Virus record (IMG/VR): IMGVR_UViG_3300024231_000003
Location: 23,709 to 87,708 of that record
Length of the DNA: 64,000 nucleotides
Strand: one strand, 5' to 3'
Source: a virus
Below, piece by piece: positions 17,878 to 27,910 of this stretch (positions within the stretch are counted from its first letter, which is position 1; the number at the start of each line of letters is the position of its first letter). The position numbers were made by a program, and so were the translations under genes. The notes under the pieces were generated by a model that saw nothing but the letters and a program-made list of their open reading frames with translations, was not told the origin of the DNA and searched no databases.

Positions 17878-17906
17878 TTGACAATTAAAGTGAAGTAGAG
17901 TATAAT
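17878..17906 (+). promoter_or_regulatory. Consensus sigma70 promoter
   Basis: TTGACA-17bp-TATAAT. Confidence 0.85.
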
Positions 17907-17935
17907 TATTAAAGATAGAAAAGGTATTAATACAA

Positions 17936-18850
17936 ATGTATAATAATCCACTTAACAAGCTAATATGGGATAAGGTACAAGAGATGTTTGGATGGAATAT
18001 TGCTCCTGAATCTCCTATTGCTCAGTTACCATTCAATCAAGATTTTATTACTGCATGCGAGAAAGAATTCTCAATGCAAGTACGTGACACGTTCTACCCT
18101 ATTGAATTAGGACAAGTGGAACAGTGGAACAGAAAGCGCATGGAAGACTTTGTTAAAGAAATTGATAAACAGTATCAGCATAACTACTTTGTTGGAGAAA
18201 ATGGTACTAGTACAACTGGTGTTGTTGGAGAAATATGTGATGTAAATGATAAGCCTATTGCTAATAAATGGAATATAAGAGGAAATGCACTTGTTGAAAG
18301 ATTACAAGCAATGCAAGCAGAAAATCCTGATCTTACTATTTTGGATATAGGTTGTGGTGTTAATGAATACAAAAAGTACCTTAATAATGTAACTGGTGTT
18401 GATCCATACAGACCTGAAGCAGATATACTTGCTAAACAAGCTGACTTTGATCCACAAGGACAAACATGGGACGTAATAATATGTTTTGGCCCAATGAACT
18501 GGTATACATATGATGAACAGTTTCGTAATATGGCAAAGCTAAAGGAATGTTTAGCACCCAATGGATTATTATTATGGAGTCATAATCATAACTATTACAA
18601 ACTATTTCAGCCAGATGCAGAACATGCGCACACATGGCTTCATGGAAACTTGGAAGATGCACAACGTAATAGTGCTTTCTTTTTTGTAGATAGAGATTGG
18701 AAATATACTTGGTATTTTAACAATACAGAACACAGTATGTCAACATTAGCTACACACGTAGGACTCAAAGTATCTAAAATTGATTACGATCATTGTAACT
18801 TGTATCGTCCACCAATGTGGAGACTATTTGTGGAGATGACTCATGAATAG
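17936..18850 (+). CDS. Class I SAM-dependent methyltransferase with N-terminal extension
   Basis: ILDIGCG, TGVDP, WDVIIC, LAPNG. Confidence 0.78.
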   Translation: MYNNPLNKLIWDKVQEMFGWNIAPESPIAQLPFNQDFITACEKEFSMQVRDTFYPIELGQVEQWNRKRMEDFVKEIDKQYQHNYFVGENGTSTTGVVGEICDVNDKPIANKWNIRGNALVERLQAMQAENPDLTILDIGCGVNEYKKYLNNVTGVDPYRPEADILAKQADFDPQGQTWDVIICFGPMNWYTYDEQFRNMAKLKECLAPNGLLLWSHNHNYYKLFQPDAEHAHTWLHGNLEDAQRNSAFFFVDRDWKYTWYFNNTEHSMSTLATHVGLKVSKIDYDHCNLYRPPMWRLFVEMTHE

Positions 18851-19505
18851 ATGGGAAATGACTGTAGATCAAAGTAACTACGATTTTAACCCGTTTAGAG
18901 AAAGTGATCACGGAGCTGGTTTTCGAACAATAGGCAATATAGAGCCTACATGGAAACAAGAAATACCTATTGCAAATTCAAACCAGTATGATTTTTATTG
19001 GCCATCGCCAGTATCGCCTGACGGCGATAGTTTTAATTACGACTACGAAGAACTGTTATGCAAAGACTGGGGTATTCCTTTAGACTATGTCGTATACAGA
19101 CAATGGACAACTACAGAAGAAACTCCTATACTACATAGCATTGCAGAACAAATTGGTCTTGCTGATGCACAAACTAATGTACAGACACAACACACAGGCA
19201 TGATGCTACATTTACACATTGATAGTTTAACTGGCCTACGTAAAGAACGCACAGACCAAAGTAGTAGTAGATCCACAGACATTGAATGGGGAAGAGTCTT
19301 TGTAATGTTAGACGATTGGGCACCAGGACATATTATACAGTTTGGTAATACATATGTACCTCCTTGGAGAGCAGGAGATATTATATGGTTTGATTGGGCA
19401 AATATTCCACATAGTACAGCAAATACTGGACCATGGCCTCGTAACATACTAAAAATTACAGGCAAAGTTACAGACAAATACACAGAGTTAATTAATAATG
19501 GATGA
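18843..19505 (+). CDS. Fe-dependent oxygenase-like protein (paralogue family A)
   Basis: LHID..RVFVMLDDWAPGH..WRAGD..PHSTANTG. Confidence 0.65.
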   Translation: MNRWEMTVDQSNYDFNPFRESDHGAGFRTIGNIEPTWKQEIPIANSNQYDFYWPSPVSPDGDSFNYDYEELLCKDWGIPLDYVVYRQWTTTEETPILHSIAEQIGLADAQTNVQTQHTGMMLHLHIDSLTGLRKERTDQSSSRSTDIEWGRVFVMLDDWAPGHIIQFGNTYVPPWRAGDIIWFDWANIPHSTANTGPWPRNILKITGKVTDKYTELINNG

Positions 19506-20760
19506 TTTTGGAGAAAACTATTGTGTATATCCGTTTGTTAGTATGACGATTAGTCCAACTGGTCGTTGGAAGATTTGTTGTGTAGATGAGGACGGTGACG
19601 ATATTCCTACAACAAAAATTACTGATTTTGAAGGAGGAAAATATTACAAATGTTCTGACTATAGCCTAATGGATTTTTGGAAAAGCGACTATATGGATCA
19701 CATACGTGAAAAAATGTTAAAAGACCAACCAGTACATGAGTGTAGAAGTTGCAAATATAATGAAAAAAAAGGTACCAAAAGTTATAGACAGCGAGCTAAT
19801 GAAGAATGGGGATATATAAGTGAAACTATGGAATCTCCAACATACATAGATCTCAAACTAGGAAATACATGTAATCTAAATTGTGTATTTTGTGATCCTA
19901 ACAGTAGTAGTAAAGTATTACAAGAATGGAAAAAGATAGGATGGATTACTGCAGAAACTGCACCGTTTGGAGAAGGCATCATGGGTCCTATTGAAGAACT
20001 AGGAACAGAAAAGGTAGACTACAATTGGGTAAATCATAATAACTTTTGGGATAATGTAGATGAAGTTTCTCCATACTTAACTAAATTAAAGTTTACAGGT
20101 GGGGAACCAATGCTTAACAAAAAAATGTTTAAGTTGTTGCAAAGTATAATTGACCAAGATAGGGCCAAAGATATCAGCGTACAAATTACAACAAATGGTA
20201 CTGTAGTTAGCGAAAAGATATGTAATATGCTTAACCAGTTTAAAATGGTACAATTAAATTTTAGTTGTGATGGATTAAAAGGAACAAACGAATATATTAG
20301 ATGGCCACTTGAACATGATAAATGGTTGGAAAATATAGATATGTTTGAAAAATTTACTAACGAGGAAACAGTAACATTAAGTATGCAGCACAGTTATGGT
20401 GCGTTAACAATGCTAAGTCTTGCTGAATACTTTAGATGGGTATTTACAAAAAAGAGATTTGGTTGGCACACATTTAAGGTTTGGAAACCAGAATTTATGC
20501 AAATGGAAGTTTTAGAACCAGCTACTCTTAATGAAGCCAAAACTGATTTGCAGAATTTAGTAGATGAACTAACTCCTCAGATCAAACTCAGTAGAGACGA
20601 GCATCTTGTACAAGATATTACAGGTATAATTCAAGCCATCGATAATGCAGTCAATTTAACACATTTAAGACCAAAACTATTAGAATACACAAATGCTTTG
20701 GACAAGAGCAGAGGTATAAATATCTATGATTATATACCAAGACTTAAAAATCATTTGTAA
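19498..20760 (+). CDS. Radical SAM protein with N-terminal Twitch-like domain
   Basis: CVYPF..ICC..CRSC, CNLNCVFC, FTGGEP, YIRWP. Confidence 0.88.
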   Translation: MDDFGENYCVYPFVSMTISPTGRWKICCVDEDGDDIPTTKITDFEGGKYYKCSDYSLMDFWKSDYMDHIREKMLKDQPVHECRSCKYNEKKGTKSYRQRANEEWGYISETMESPTYIDLKLGNTCNLNCVFCDPNSSSKVLQEWKKIGWITAETAPFGEGIMGPIEELGTEKVDYNWVNHNNFWDNVDEVSPYLTKLKFTGGEPMLNKKMFKLLQSIIDQDRAKDISVQITTNGTVVSEKICNMLNQFKMVQLNFSCDGLKGTNEYIRWPLEHDKWLENIDMFEKFTNEETVTLSMQHSYGALTMLSLAEYFRWVFTKKRFGWHTFKVWKPEFMQMEVLEPATLNEAKTDLQNLVDELTPQIKLSRDEHLVQDITGIIQAIDNAVNLTHLRPKLLEYTNALDKSRGINIYDYIPRLKNHL

Positions 20761-20784
20761 AGGATAAATAAAGTTAATAACAGC

Positions 20785-20814
20785 TTGACATACTAAGCGA
20801 TTGTAGTATACAAT
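20785..20814 (+). promoter_or_regulatory. Sigma70-type promoter of proX
   Basis: TTGACA-18bp-TACAAT. Confidence 0.55.
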
Positions 20815-20909
20815 AACCCTATGAAACTGACCGTCCTGGTCGGCCCAACAAACAGGCCATTACGGATAATTGCAAAGCAATTATAATCAATATTTCAAGG
20901 AAAAAAATT

Positions 20910-21893
20910 ATGAAATTATTAAACCTAAAAGCCGCCGCAATGGCGACTATCGTAGCCTTTACGGCAAGTGCATCTGCAGCAGCAGAGTGCGAAGTAACTA
21001 TCGCTGAACCTAATTGGAGTTCAGGTCAATTTATGGCATATCTAGATAAGTTTGTTGTAGAAACAGCATTTGGCTGTGAAGCAGAACTAATGCCAGCAGC
21101 TTCTATTGCAGTAGCAACAAGTATGACTGAAAAAGGCACACCGCATATTGCTGGTGAATTTATTTCAGTAAGTGTTGGCGATGTTGTGGACCAAGCAATT
21201 GCTGAAGGAAAAATCCTTATTGCAAATGACGACCCATACCAAGGCGGCGCACAAGAAGGATTTTATGTATCTAAAAGTGTATTAGATGCAAACCCAGAAA
21301 TTAAAACAGTAGAAGATCTATTAGAACGTCCAGAACTAGTTGGCGGTAAAGTATTTTCTTGTCCAGGCGGTTGGGGTTGTAATGCTACAATGCGTAACAA
21401 TCTATTAGCACTTGATGTTGAATCAAAAGGCTTTGAAATTGTTGTTCCAGGATCAGGTGCAGCATTTGACGGTTCAATTGCAAACGCAGCACAACGTGGT
21501 ACTGGTTGGTTTGGTTTTTACTGGGCACCAGCAGGCATGTTAAGTAAGTTTGGAATGGTTCCATTACCAACTCGTGCAGGTTTTGCAGGTACAGATTATT
21601 GGACAAATTGTGCTACTGATTTAGAGTGTACTAATCCACAAGTATCAGATTTTCCAAAACCAACAATCCGTTCACTAACAGTACCAGAATTTGCAAATGC
21701 TAACCCAGCAATTGTAGCGTACTTAGCAAAACGTGACTTCTCAATTGAACAAATTAACTCATACTTAATTCAAATGGAAGCATCACAAGAAACAGCAGAA
21801 GAAGCAGTTGTATCATTCTTTAAAAATAACGAAGATGTATGGACAACATGGTTTACTGCAGAAACTGTTGCAAAAATTAAAGCAGCACTATAA
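20910..21893 (+). CDS. proX: Glycine betaine/proline ABC transporter substrate-binding protein
   Basis: Signal peptide; IAEPNWSS, CPGGWGC, PGSGAA, FYWAP. Confidence 0.85.
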   Translation: MKLLNLKAAAMATIVAFTASASAAAECEVTIAEPNWSSGQFMAYLDKFVVETAFGCEAELMPAASIAVATSMTEKGTPHIAGEFISVSVGDVVDQAIAEGKILIANDDPYQGGAQEGFYVSKSVLDANPEIKTVEDLLERPELVGGKVFSCPGGWGCNATMRNNLLALDVESKGFEIVVPGSGAAFDGSIANAAQRGTGWFGFYWAPAGMLSKFGMVPLPTRAGFAGTDYWTNCATDLECTNPQVSDFPKPTIRSLTVPEFANANPAIVAYLAKRDFSIEQINSYLIQMEASQETAEEAVVSFFKNNEDVWTTWFTAETVAKIKAAL

Positions 21894-21896
21894 CTA

Positions 21897-22787
21897 ATGG
21901 ATAGCAAGTTTTTAACTGAGTTTCCTGGACTAGATACAAGTACACTAAAGTACATCAGAAGAACATTGGATAATGCGTTTTTTGAATTTTCTAGAAACTG
22001 GGGAGAGCAGATTGAAAACTTGCTATATCCTTTAGAATATATTCTAGAAGTATCAGAGGACTTCCTCGTAGATACTCCTTGGTTAGTAATACTATTGTTA
22101 TTAACCACTTTTTGTTATCTTACTACATCCAATAAAAGATTTACTTTTGTTTTCTCGAGCATTTTGTTTTTAATTGGATATTTTGGAATGTGGGAAGATG
22201 CAATGATTACACTTAGTATTGTTATTATTGGTGTTTCATTATGCGTTATCAGTGGAATACCAATAGGCATAGCAATGTCTTCAAGTAATAGAGTTAGATC
22301 TATAATGTTGCCTATATTAGATTTTGCACAAGCAGTACCAACATTTGTCTACTTAATTCCAATTATTATGTTATTAGGTATTGGTGATCTTCCTGGACTC
22401 ATTGCTATATGTGTATATGCTGTTCCGCCTATAATTAGATTTACTGACTTGGGAATACGTGAAGTAGATACAGGATCAATCGAAGCTGCAGAATCTCTTG
22501 GTATGAATAAATGGCAAGTTTTACGAAAAATAAAAATACCACTAGCATACACTAGTATATTTGCTGGGCTTAATCAAACAATTATGATGGCATTGGGTAT
22601 GGTAGTTATTGCAAGTATGATTGGATTACAAGGACTTGGTAGTAACGTACTAACTGCAATTAATCAACAAAGACTAACAATAGGTTTACTTAATGGTATG
22701 GCTATTGTTAGTTTAGCAATAATATTAGATCGAATGACACAACAATGGGCTAAGAAATTACAAGCCTGGAAATATGTTGACAAGTAG
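21897..22787 (+). CDS. proW: Glycine betaine/proline ABC transporter permease
   Basis: PILDFAQAVPTFVYLIP, EAA loop, GLNQTIMMALGMVVIASMIG. Confidence 0.92.
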   Translation: MDSKFLTEFPGLDTSTLKYIRRTLDNAFFEFSRNWGEQIENLLYPLEYILEVSEDFLVDTPWLVILLLLTTFCYLTTSNKRFTFVFSSILFLIGYFGMWEDAMITLSIVIIGVSLCVISGIPIGIAMSSSNRVRSIMLPILDFAQAVPTFVYLIPIIMLLGIGDLPGLIAICVYAVPPIIRFTDLGIREVDTGSIEAAESLGMNKWQVLRKIKIPLAYTSIFAGLNQTIMMALGMVVIASMIGLQGLGSNVLTAINQQRLTIGLLNGMAIVSLAIILDRMTQQWAKKLQAWKYVDK

Positions 22788-24113
22788 TTATTCGTATTCT
22801 ATACAATCCTGTAACATACTGTTAACTTCTCTATACTTGTCGAATAACTCTTGTTCAGTTGCACCAGTTAAATCAAAGTTTACGTTGAATGCCTTGTTTT
22901 GTAAATTTTGCCATTTTGGAATAAAAGCTCCAACCTCTAATCCAACATTTTGCGCATTAAAGTATTTACTTACTTTGTCTAGGTTATGCAACGCTTTAAT
23001 CTTTCCAGGCTTTAATAAAGCACAGCCCCAGAGTAAATTATTTTTAATGACAAGAGGTTCTCCTTTAACAAAATTGGTAATAATGTTATTGTCATTAACA
23101 CTGTCTAGGATATTAACAAATTGTCCAGGTCTTGGATTTAAGTCAATAGCAATAATTTTACCATCATCGCAGGTATGAAAGTCTGGGCCAGCAAAGAACA
23201 TTTCTTTAACTTTTAAATGATCCACTAATGTTTGTAAGTATTCAATAGAAGCTTCTTCTATTTCTTTACCAACTTCACTAGCATTGGCAATCCATACACA
23301 TCTATCTCTAACAATGTCACTAGATTCACTAATTGAGTGACTTGAAATAGGATCATCCTGTGGATCCATTACATCGCCATATTTAATTTTACTATTCTTT
23401 ACATAGAACTCAATATGTACTTTTCCGTTCTTAACGTATCCTATAGGGGAAACAGTAGGCATTGAACTCCAATGGTACTCTTGAAACATAATTCTACAAG
23501 CCTTGTTGTTGAACTTCTTAAGGTATATTCCTTGTCCATTAAGTTCAAAAAACTTATTGTGTGATTCCTTGTCTTTTAGGTGTTTTAGGAAATGATGCCT
23601 ATTGTTCCAACGTCTGTATTCCACTGAAGGAGCACTATTGTCATCACCAGGAAAGAATACATTACTTCCTGTACCAATATCTGGTTTACTAAACACTTGT
23701 TTATTTTTAAAGATACTTAGTTGACTATGGGTTCTAGGTGTTATACTTTTTGGTGTATACTTTTCTAAACCAATTGTTCTACAAAAGTCATCCATTAACT
23801 GTTTATTACTTAATATCTCAGCCGCAAAAGGTGTTAAGTTGTTAATGCCATAATAGCTCTCCAGTTGAGAAGCAACAGGCAATAAGTTTTCACTTACACA
23901 CAGTACTTTATCACAGTTGGGAATATCTTTTACAATTTCTGCTATATTGAATAACTTTGAAATTACAAGAGTATTAGCCATTTTTACATATTTTTTAGAT
24001 TCATTAGGTTTATTATCAGTGATAAGGATAACATTATCATCTTTATATGCAGACAATAAACCTTCTGATTTATTTAGGCTTCTTTCGTGTGATAGAATTA
24101 CAATATTCATCAT
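22788..24113 (-). CDS. ATP-grasp domain protein
   Basis: ILSNKQLM, FSKPDIGTGS, MFQEY, IDLNPRPG. Confidence 0.75.
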   Translation of the reverse strand: MMNIVILSHERSLNKSEGLLSAYKDDNVILITDNKPNESKKYVKMANTLVISKLFNIAEIVKDIPNCDKVLCVSENLLPVASQLESYYGINNLTPFAAEILSNKQLMDDFCRTIGLEKYTPKSITPRTHSQLSIFKNKQVFSKPDIGTGSNVFFPGDDNSAPSVEYRRWNNRHHFLKHLKDKESHNKFFELNGQGIYLKKFNNKACRIMFQEYHWSSMPTVSPIGYVKNGKVHIEFYVKNSKIKYGDVMDPQDDPISSHSISESSDIVRDRCVWIANASEVGKEIEEASIEYLQTLVDHLKVKEMFFAGPDFHTCDDGKIIAIDLNPRPGQFVNILDSVNDNNIITNFVKGEPLVIKNNLLWGCALLKPGKIKALHNLDKVSKYFNAQNVGLEVGAFIPKWQNLQNKAFNVNFDLTGATEQELFDKYREVNSMLQDCIEYE

Positions 24114-24871
24114 AAGTATGCTATTTCCTTTAATATCTGGTTTATACACATTATACTATACTTCTCATTACTTTGCAAGACAATTGTTTGGTTATTCTTT
24201 TCAGAGAAATGTTCAGCAAAGCTATGTGTATTAGGCTTTAGTGTATCAAATTCGCTGTTTGACAAAATCTTAGATGTTGTGTTATACTTAGTTATAAGTA
24301 TTTCTCTATTCTTATTTGGAATCATAAATCCGTGGTGTGTATTTGGTACTGTAGTACTTATGGGAGGCATCAAACAATGAGCCTCAAAATCATTATAGTT
24401 GTCACACCAATTATCATTTTTAGCTAAGAATACAGTAGTATTTACATAGTCATTAGACATTAACCTTGGAGTAAGTGCAATAATACCAGGATAAAAGCAA
24501 TAATTCTTAACAAAATGATTACTATGATATAGCCCAAGATAACCACCTAAGCTACTACCTATATGTACAATCTTATCGTATTGTGGCATCGTAAAATCAA
24601 ACATATCACTAAATGTACATTCATGCAAATCAATATAAGGTCCATGATCAATCCATCCTAGTGAATCAATACCAAATTTAGAAAAGTAATCAAGCAATCC
24701 TATATTATAACCTTTGGACAGAAACGTTTCAGCTAAACGTAGTTCATTACCGCCAATACCTCCACTGCCATGACTAATTAAAATAAGCACATCAGGGCTC
24801 TTACAATTATGAGGAATAAATATACTTATGTTATCACGTATTACAGATTTTGAAATTAAAAGATTAGACAT
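24110..24871 (-). CDS. Dienelactone hydrolase-like alpha/beta hydrolase
   Basis: SHGSGG, IGSSLGG, FYPG, THHGF. Confidence 0.75.
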   Translation of the reverse strand: MSNLLISKSVIRDNISIFIPHNCKSPDVLILISHGSGGIGGNELRLAETFLSKGYNIGLLDYFSKFGIDSLGWIDHGPYIDLHECTFSDMFDFTMPQYDKIVHIGSSLGGYLGLYHSNHFVKNYCFYPGIIALTPRLMSNDYVNTTVFLAKNDNWCDNYNDFEAHCLMPPISTTVPNTHHGFMIPNKNREILITKYNTTSKILSNSEFDTLKPNTHSFAEHFSEKNNQTIVLQSNEKYSIMCINQILKEIAYL

Positions 24872-25370
24872 GGATAATCTCCCTGATGAACTTTATACAT
24901 TTGCTGACACTTGTGCTGAACAAGGTATGCAAAATAATATAAGTGTTGCTGCAATGAAGATTGGCAAATGGGGAAATGAGGCATGGTGGTGTACCTGGGC
25001 TGACGGCAAAATTATTAGCATTAGCGGATGTCACCAAATGGACCAATACGAAAAAGGTTGTTGGCGTCTCATGGTAAGAACAGCCACACTTTTGGAATAC
25101 AGAGGCAGAGCACCTGGTAGCATACGTACTATTCGAACTGATTTCAATTGGGGTCATGTTTTGCCTTATCAAGTTAATTATGCAGTATTGCAAGGAGCAA
25201 CAAAGGTAGTTTTTACTACTAATAGTGATTCTGACGGAGATAAAAATAGTTTGCGTACAAATAGAGTAGTGCGTAAAGTTCTAGAACCACAAGGGCTAGT
25301 AAAGCTTGATGCACAGGATGTTGAAATATTTTATACCCGTCAAAATGTGTGGGAAATTATAATTTCCTAA
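24828..25370 (+). CDS. GNAT-like hypothetical protein (start uncertain, alternative ATG 24870)
   Basis: IISISGC, RTATLLEYRG pattern. Confidence 0.5.
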   Translation: MLSRITDFEIKRLDMDNLPDELYTFADTCAEQGMQNNISVAAMKIGKWGNEAWWCTWADGKIISISGCHQMDQYEKGCWRLMVRTATLLEYRGRAPGSIRTIRTDFNWGHVLPYQVNYAVLQGATKVVFTTNSDSDGDKNSLRTNRVVRKVLEPQGLVKLDAQDVEIFYTRQNVWEIIIS

Positions 25371-25933
25371 TCAATAATTTGTATTGGGTCAATACTAATA
25401 TTATTAATATTTATTTCTTTGGGTTGTTCTAATATCCAGTCAATATAACTGGCAGCTTGCTCCATAGGTAATACTGTTCTTCCAGGATTCTTATGTGCTT
25501 TATTTTGCAGCGTACCAAAACTAATATGCGTTACTTTGGGTGCATTTTGCCAATTACCCATGATAGCAAGGCCATTGGACATTTCGTTTAGAGCTAATTT
25601 TTCATAGTGGTACAAGTTACCCTTACCACGCCTAACAGTATCAGTAGTAGAACCAACATTGATAATTCTTTTGTCAAAGCCACCTTCAGCTAACCATTTA
25701 TGCCATATAGTATGCAATAGCATAGATTGTTTAAAATAAAAGTTTGCATACATATTAATAAAAACGTCACAATCTTGTGATAACCGAGCTACTTGTTTAA
25801 TAGCACCATCATCATTAAAGTCGTATCCATTATCTCGACTAGCTGTTACTATTTCATGACCTCTAGCTTCCAACATAGGAACAAGATACCCAGTTAAGTC
25901 TTTGTCTCTATTACCTGTTATTAAAATTTTCAT
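25367..25933 (-). CDS. Short-chain dehydrogenase/reductase-like protein
   Basis: MKILITG, CDVFIN, IINVGS, YHYEK; AGGAG RBS. Confidence 0.75.
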   Translation of the reverse strand: MKILITGNRDKDLTGYLVPMLEARGHEIVTASRDNGYDFNDDGAIKQVARLSQDCDVFINMYANFYFKQSMLLHTIWHKWLAEGGFDKRIINVGSTTDTVRRGKGNLYHYEKLALNEMSNGLAIMGNWQNAPKVTHISFGTLQNKAHKNPGRTVLPMEQAASYIDWILEQPKEININNISIDPIQIID

Positions 25934-25992
25934 ATTATACTCCTTGTATATATTTATAATAAATAACATAGTACTTAATTAGAAAGAAAATC

Positions 25993-26760
25993 ATGCCAAT
26001 TATTAAAGAAACAGTTTTAGAAGTAAAGCATTACACAGATAGATTATTCCATATTACAACTACCAGAGATCCTAGTATACGTTTTAGAGATGGTGAGTTT
26101 TTAATGATAGGAATTGAAGTAGATGGAAAGCCATTACTTAGAGCATATAGTGTAGCAAGTCCAAGCCATCAAGAGACTCTAGAGTTTTTTAGTATTAAAG
26201 TACCAGACGGTCCACTTACCAGTCGTTTACAACATATACAGGTAGGCGATGAATTTTTAGTGAATTCCAAAGCAGTTGGCACACTAGTAGCTGATAACTT
26301 AAAACCAGGACGTAACTTATATCTTATGGGCACAGGTACTGGAGTTGCACCATTTTTATCAGTAGCACGTGGATTCGAAGCATATGAAAATTATGATCGT
26401 GTTATATTGATGTGGGGTACACGAGAAGTTGCAGAACTCCCGTTCATTGAATACTTTGATAATCTCAATGAAGATGAAACTTATGGTGAATTAACAGAAG
26501 GTAAGTTCTTGTTCTACCCAACATGTACTCGTGAGGAATTTAAAAATCAAGGACGAGTAACAACTGCAATGTATGAAGGTAAAGTACAACAAGTATTAGG
26601 TCTAGAGCCATTTGATGCAGAACATGATCGTGTAATGATATGTGGATCTCAGGAAATGAATATGGAATTACGCAAGTATTTTATAGATGATATGGGTTGT
26701 ACTGAAGGGAACGCAAATCATCGAGGAGAATTTGTGTTAGAGAAGGCATTTGTAGGATGA
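25993..26760 (+). CDS. fpr: Ferredoxin/flavodoxin-NADP+ reductase
   Basis: RAYSVAS, IKVPDGPLTSRL, GTGTGVAPF, MICGS, EKAFV. Confidence 0.95.
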   Translation: MPIIKETVLEVKHYTDRLFHITTTRDPSIRFRDGEFLMIGIEVDGKPLLRAYSVASPSHQETLEFFSIKVPDGPLTSRLQHIQVGDEFLVNSKAVGTLVADNLKPGRNLYLMGTGTGVAPFLSVARGFEAYENYDRVILMWGTREVAELPFIEYFDNLNEDETYGELTEGKFLFYPTCTREEFKNQGRVTTAMYEGKVQQVLGLEPFDAEHDRVMICGSQEMNMELRKYFIDDMGCTEGNANHRGEFVLEKAFVG

Positions 26761-27524
26761 ACTATACTAAAGGTGTAAAGCAAGAAAAACAAAATATCAT
26801 AGATAGGTTCTCTCCAGCAAAAATATTAGAAAATGTACTAACAGATGAACAAGTACATGAATTGCTTTTATTTCAATTCCAAAATGCTGACCGTATTAAG
26901 TGGACAGCAACTAGCAGTAATATACAGCCATCAATAAACATTGTAAAAATGTTAGAGAAATTTGATTGGCTAAAGGATATAATAGCTAAAGAGATAGGTG
27001 ACTTTTGGGAAGGACAACATAGTGGTAATTACTTTATTACTACTCAGTTGCATGATGCTCATGCAGATCTATTAACTGAAAAAGAAACAGACGAAGATTG
27101 GGCGCAAGGCTTTATACCATACAAAAGCGCAGTAATTCCAATAATTATTACTGCTAGAGCAAAAGCATATACTGCATTTTTTAATCAAAGACATATTGGA
27201 CATAGTATAACACTGGATAGAGAGTTTGTCACATCGCAAGACGATAGTATGTACGAAATATCCAGAGACTATCCAGATTTTTATATGGGAGATGGCAGTG
27301 TTAGTACATTTGCTGATATTGAAAAGCACCCTAAATATATATTCCCTCATATACACCCTGAAAATAACAGAGGACTATCAATTGAAAATGTATTTGAATT
27401 TAAACCAGGAAACATAATGATATTTGATGCGTGTCAAATCCATGCAAGTTGCGTAACTACTGACCGTCCAAATTTCCATTGGTTAAAAAGCGGAATTAAT
27501 ATACAGTTTTATAAAAAGTTATAA
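26757..27524 (+). CDS. Oxygenase-like hypothetical protein
   Basis: HAD, KPGNIMIFDACQIHAS. Confidence 0.55.
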   Translation: MNYTKGVKQEKQNIIDRFSPAKILENVLTDEQVHELLLFQFQNADRIKWTATSSNIQPSINIVKMLEKFDWLKDIIAKEIGDFWEGQHSGNYFITTQLHDAHADLLTEKETDEDWAQGFIPYKSAVIPIIITARAKAYTAFFNQRHIGHSITLDREFVTSQDDSMYEISRDYPDFYMGDGSVSTFADIEKHPKYIFPHIHPENNRGLSIENVFEFKPGNIMIFDACQIHASCVTTDRPNFHWLKSGINIQFYKKL

Positions 27525-27532
27525 ATATATAC

Positions 27533-27614
27533 ACATGATACGATAGGTCAGTGACCAGGAATAGCAAATGCCTGAGAGTGGAATTAGTCAGCGGAATACC
27601 TTATCATATCATGT
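27533..27614 (+). ncRNA. Candidate structured RNA after late-type promoter
   Basis: TATAAATA at 27520; ACATGATA.GATAGG/CCTTATC.TATCATGT closing stem with internal hairpins. Confidence 0.45.
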
Positions 27615-27634
27615 AAAAGAAAATAGGAGAACGG

Positions 27635-27910
27635 ATGGGTATAATTGGCCATAATGACGATGATCAAAATAATTTAAGTGATTCTGAACCTAAAGGTAAA
27701 CTTATTATAGATATTACTGATATCTATGACAGAAGAACACGCAAGAAAAAAGAACTAGAATTTTACACCAAAGAGCTTGATAAAATGATGTTGAGATTAT
27801 CACTAATACAGCACGAAATTGGTGTAACAGAAACTATTATTACTATGATAGAGAATGAACAAATAGTAGATTTGAGAGAATCAATCAAAGAGAAGAGAAA
27901 TAAAGAATGA
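27635..27910 (+). CDS. Hypothetical coiled-coil protein
   Basis: AGGAG RBS; 91 aa ORF. Confidence 0.6.
   Translation: MGIIGHNDDDQNNLSDSEPKGKLIIDITDIYDRRTRKKKELEFYTKELDKMMLRLSLIQHEIGVTETIITMIENEQIVDLRESIKEKRNKE

Noticed and set aside
27533-27614. TPP riboswitch suggested by CTGAGA
   Set aside because: Lacks the ACCTGA and AGCGTAGGGA elements
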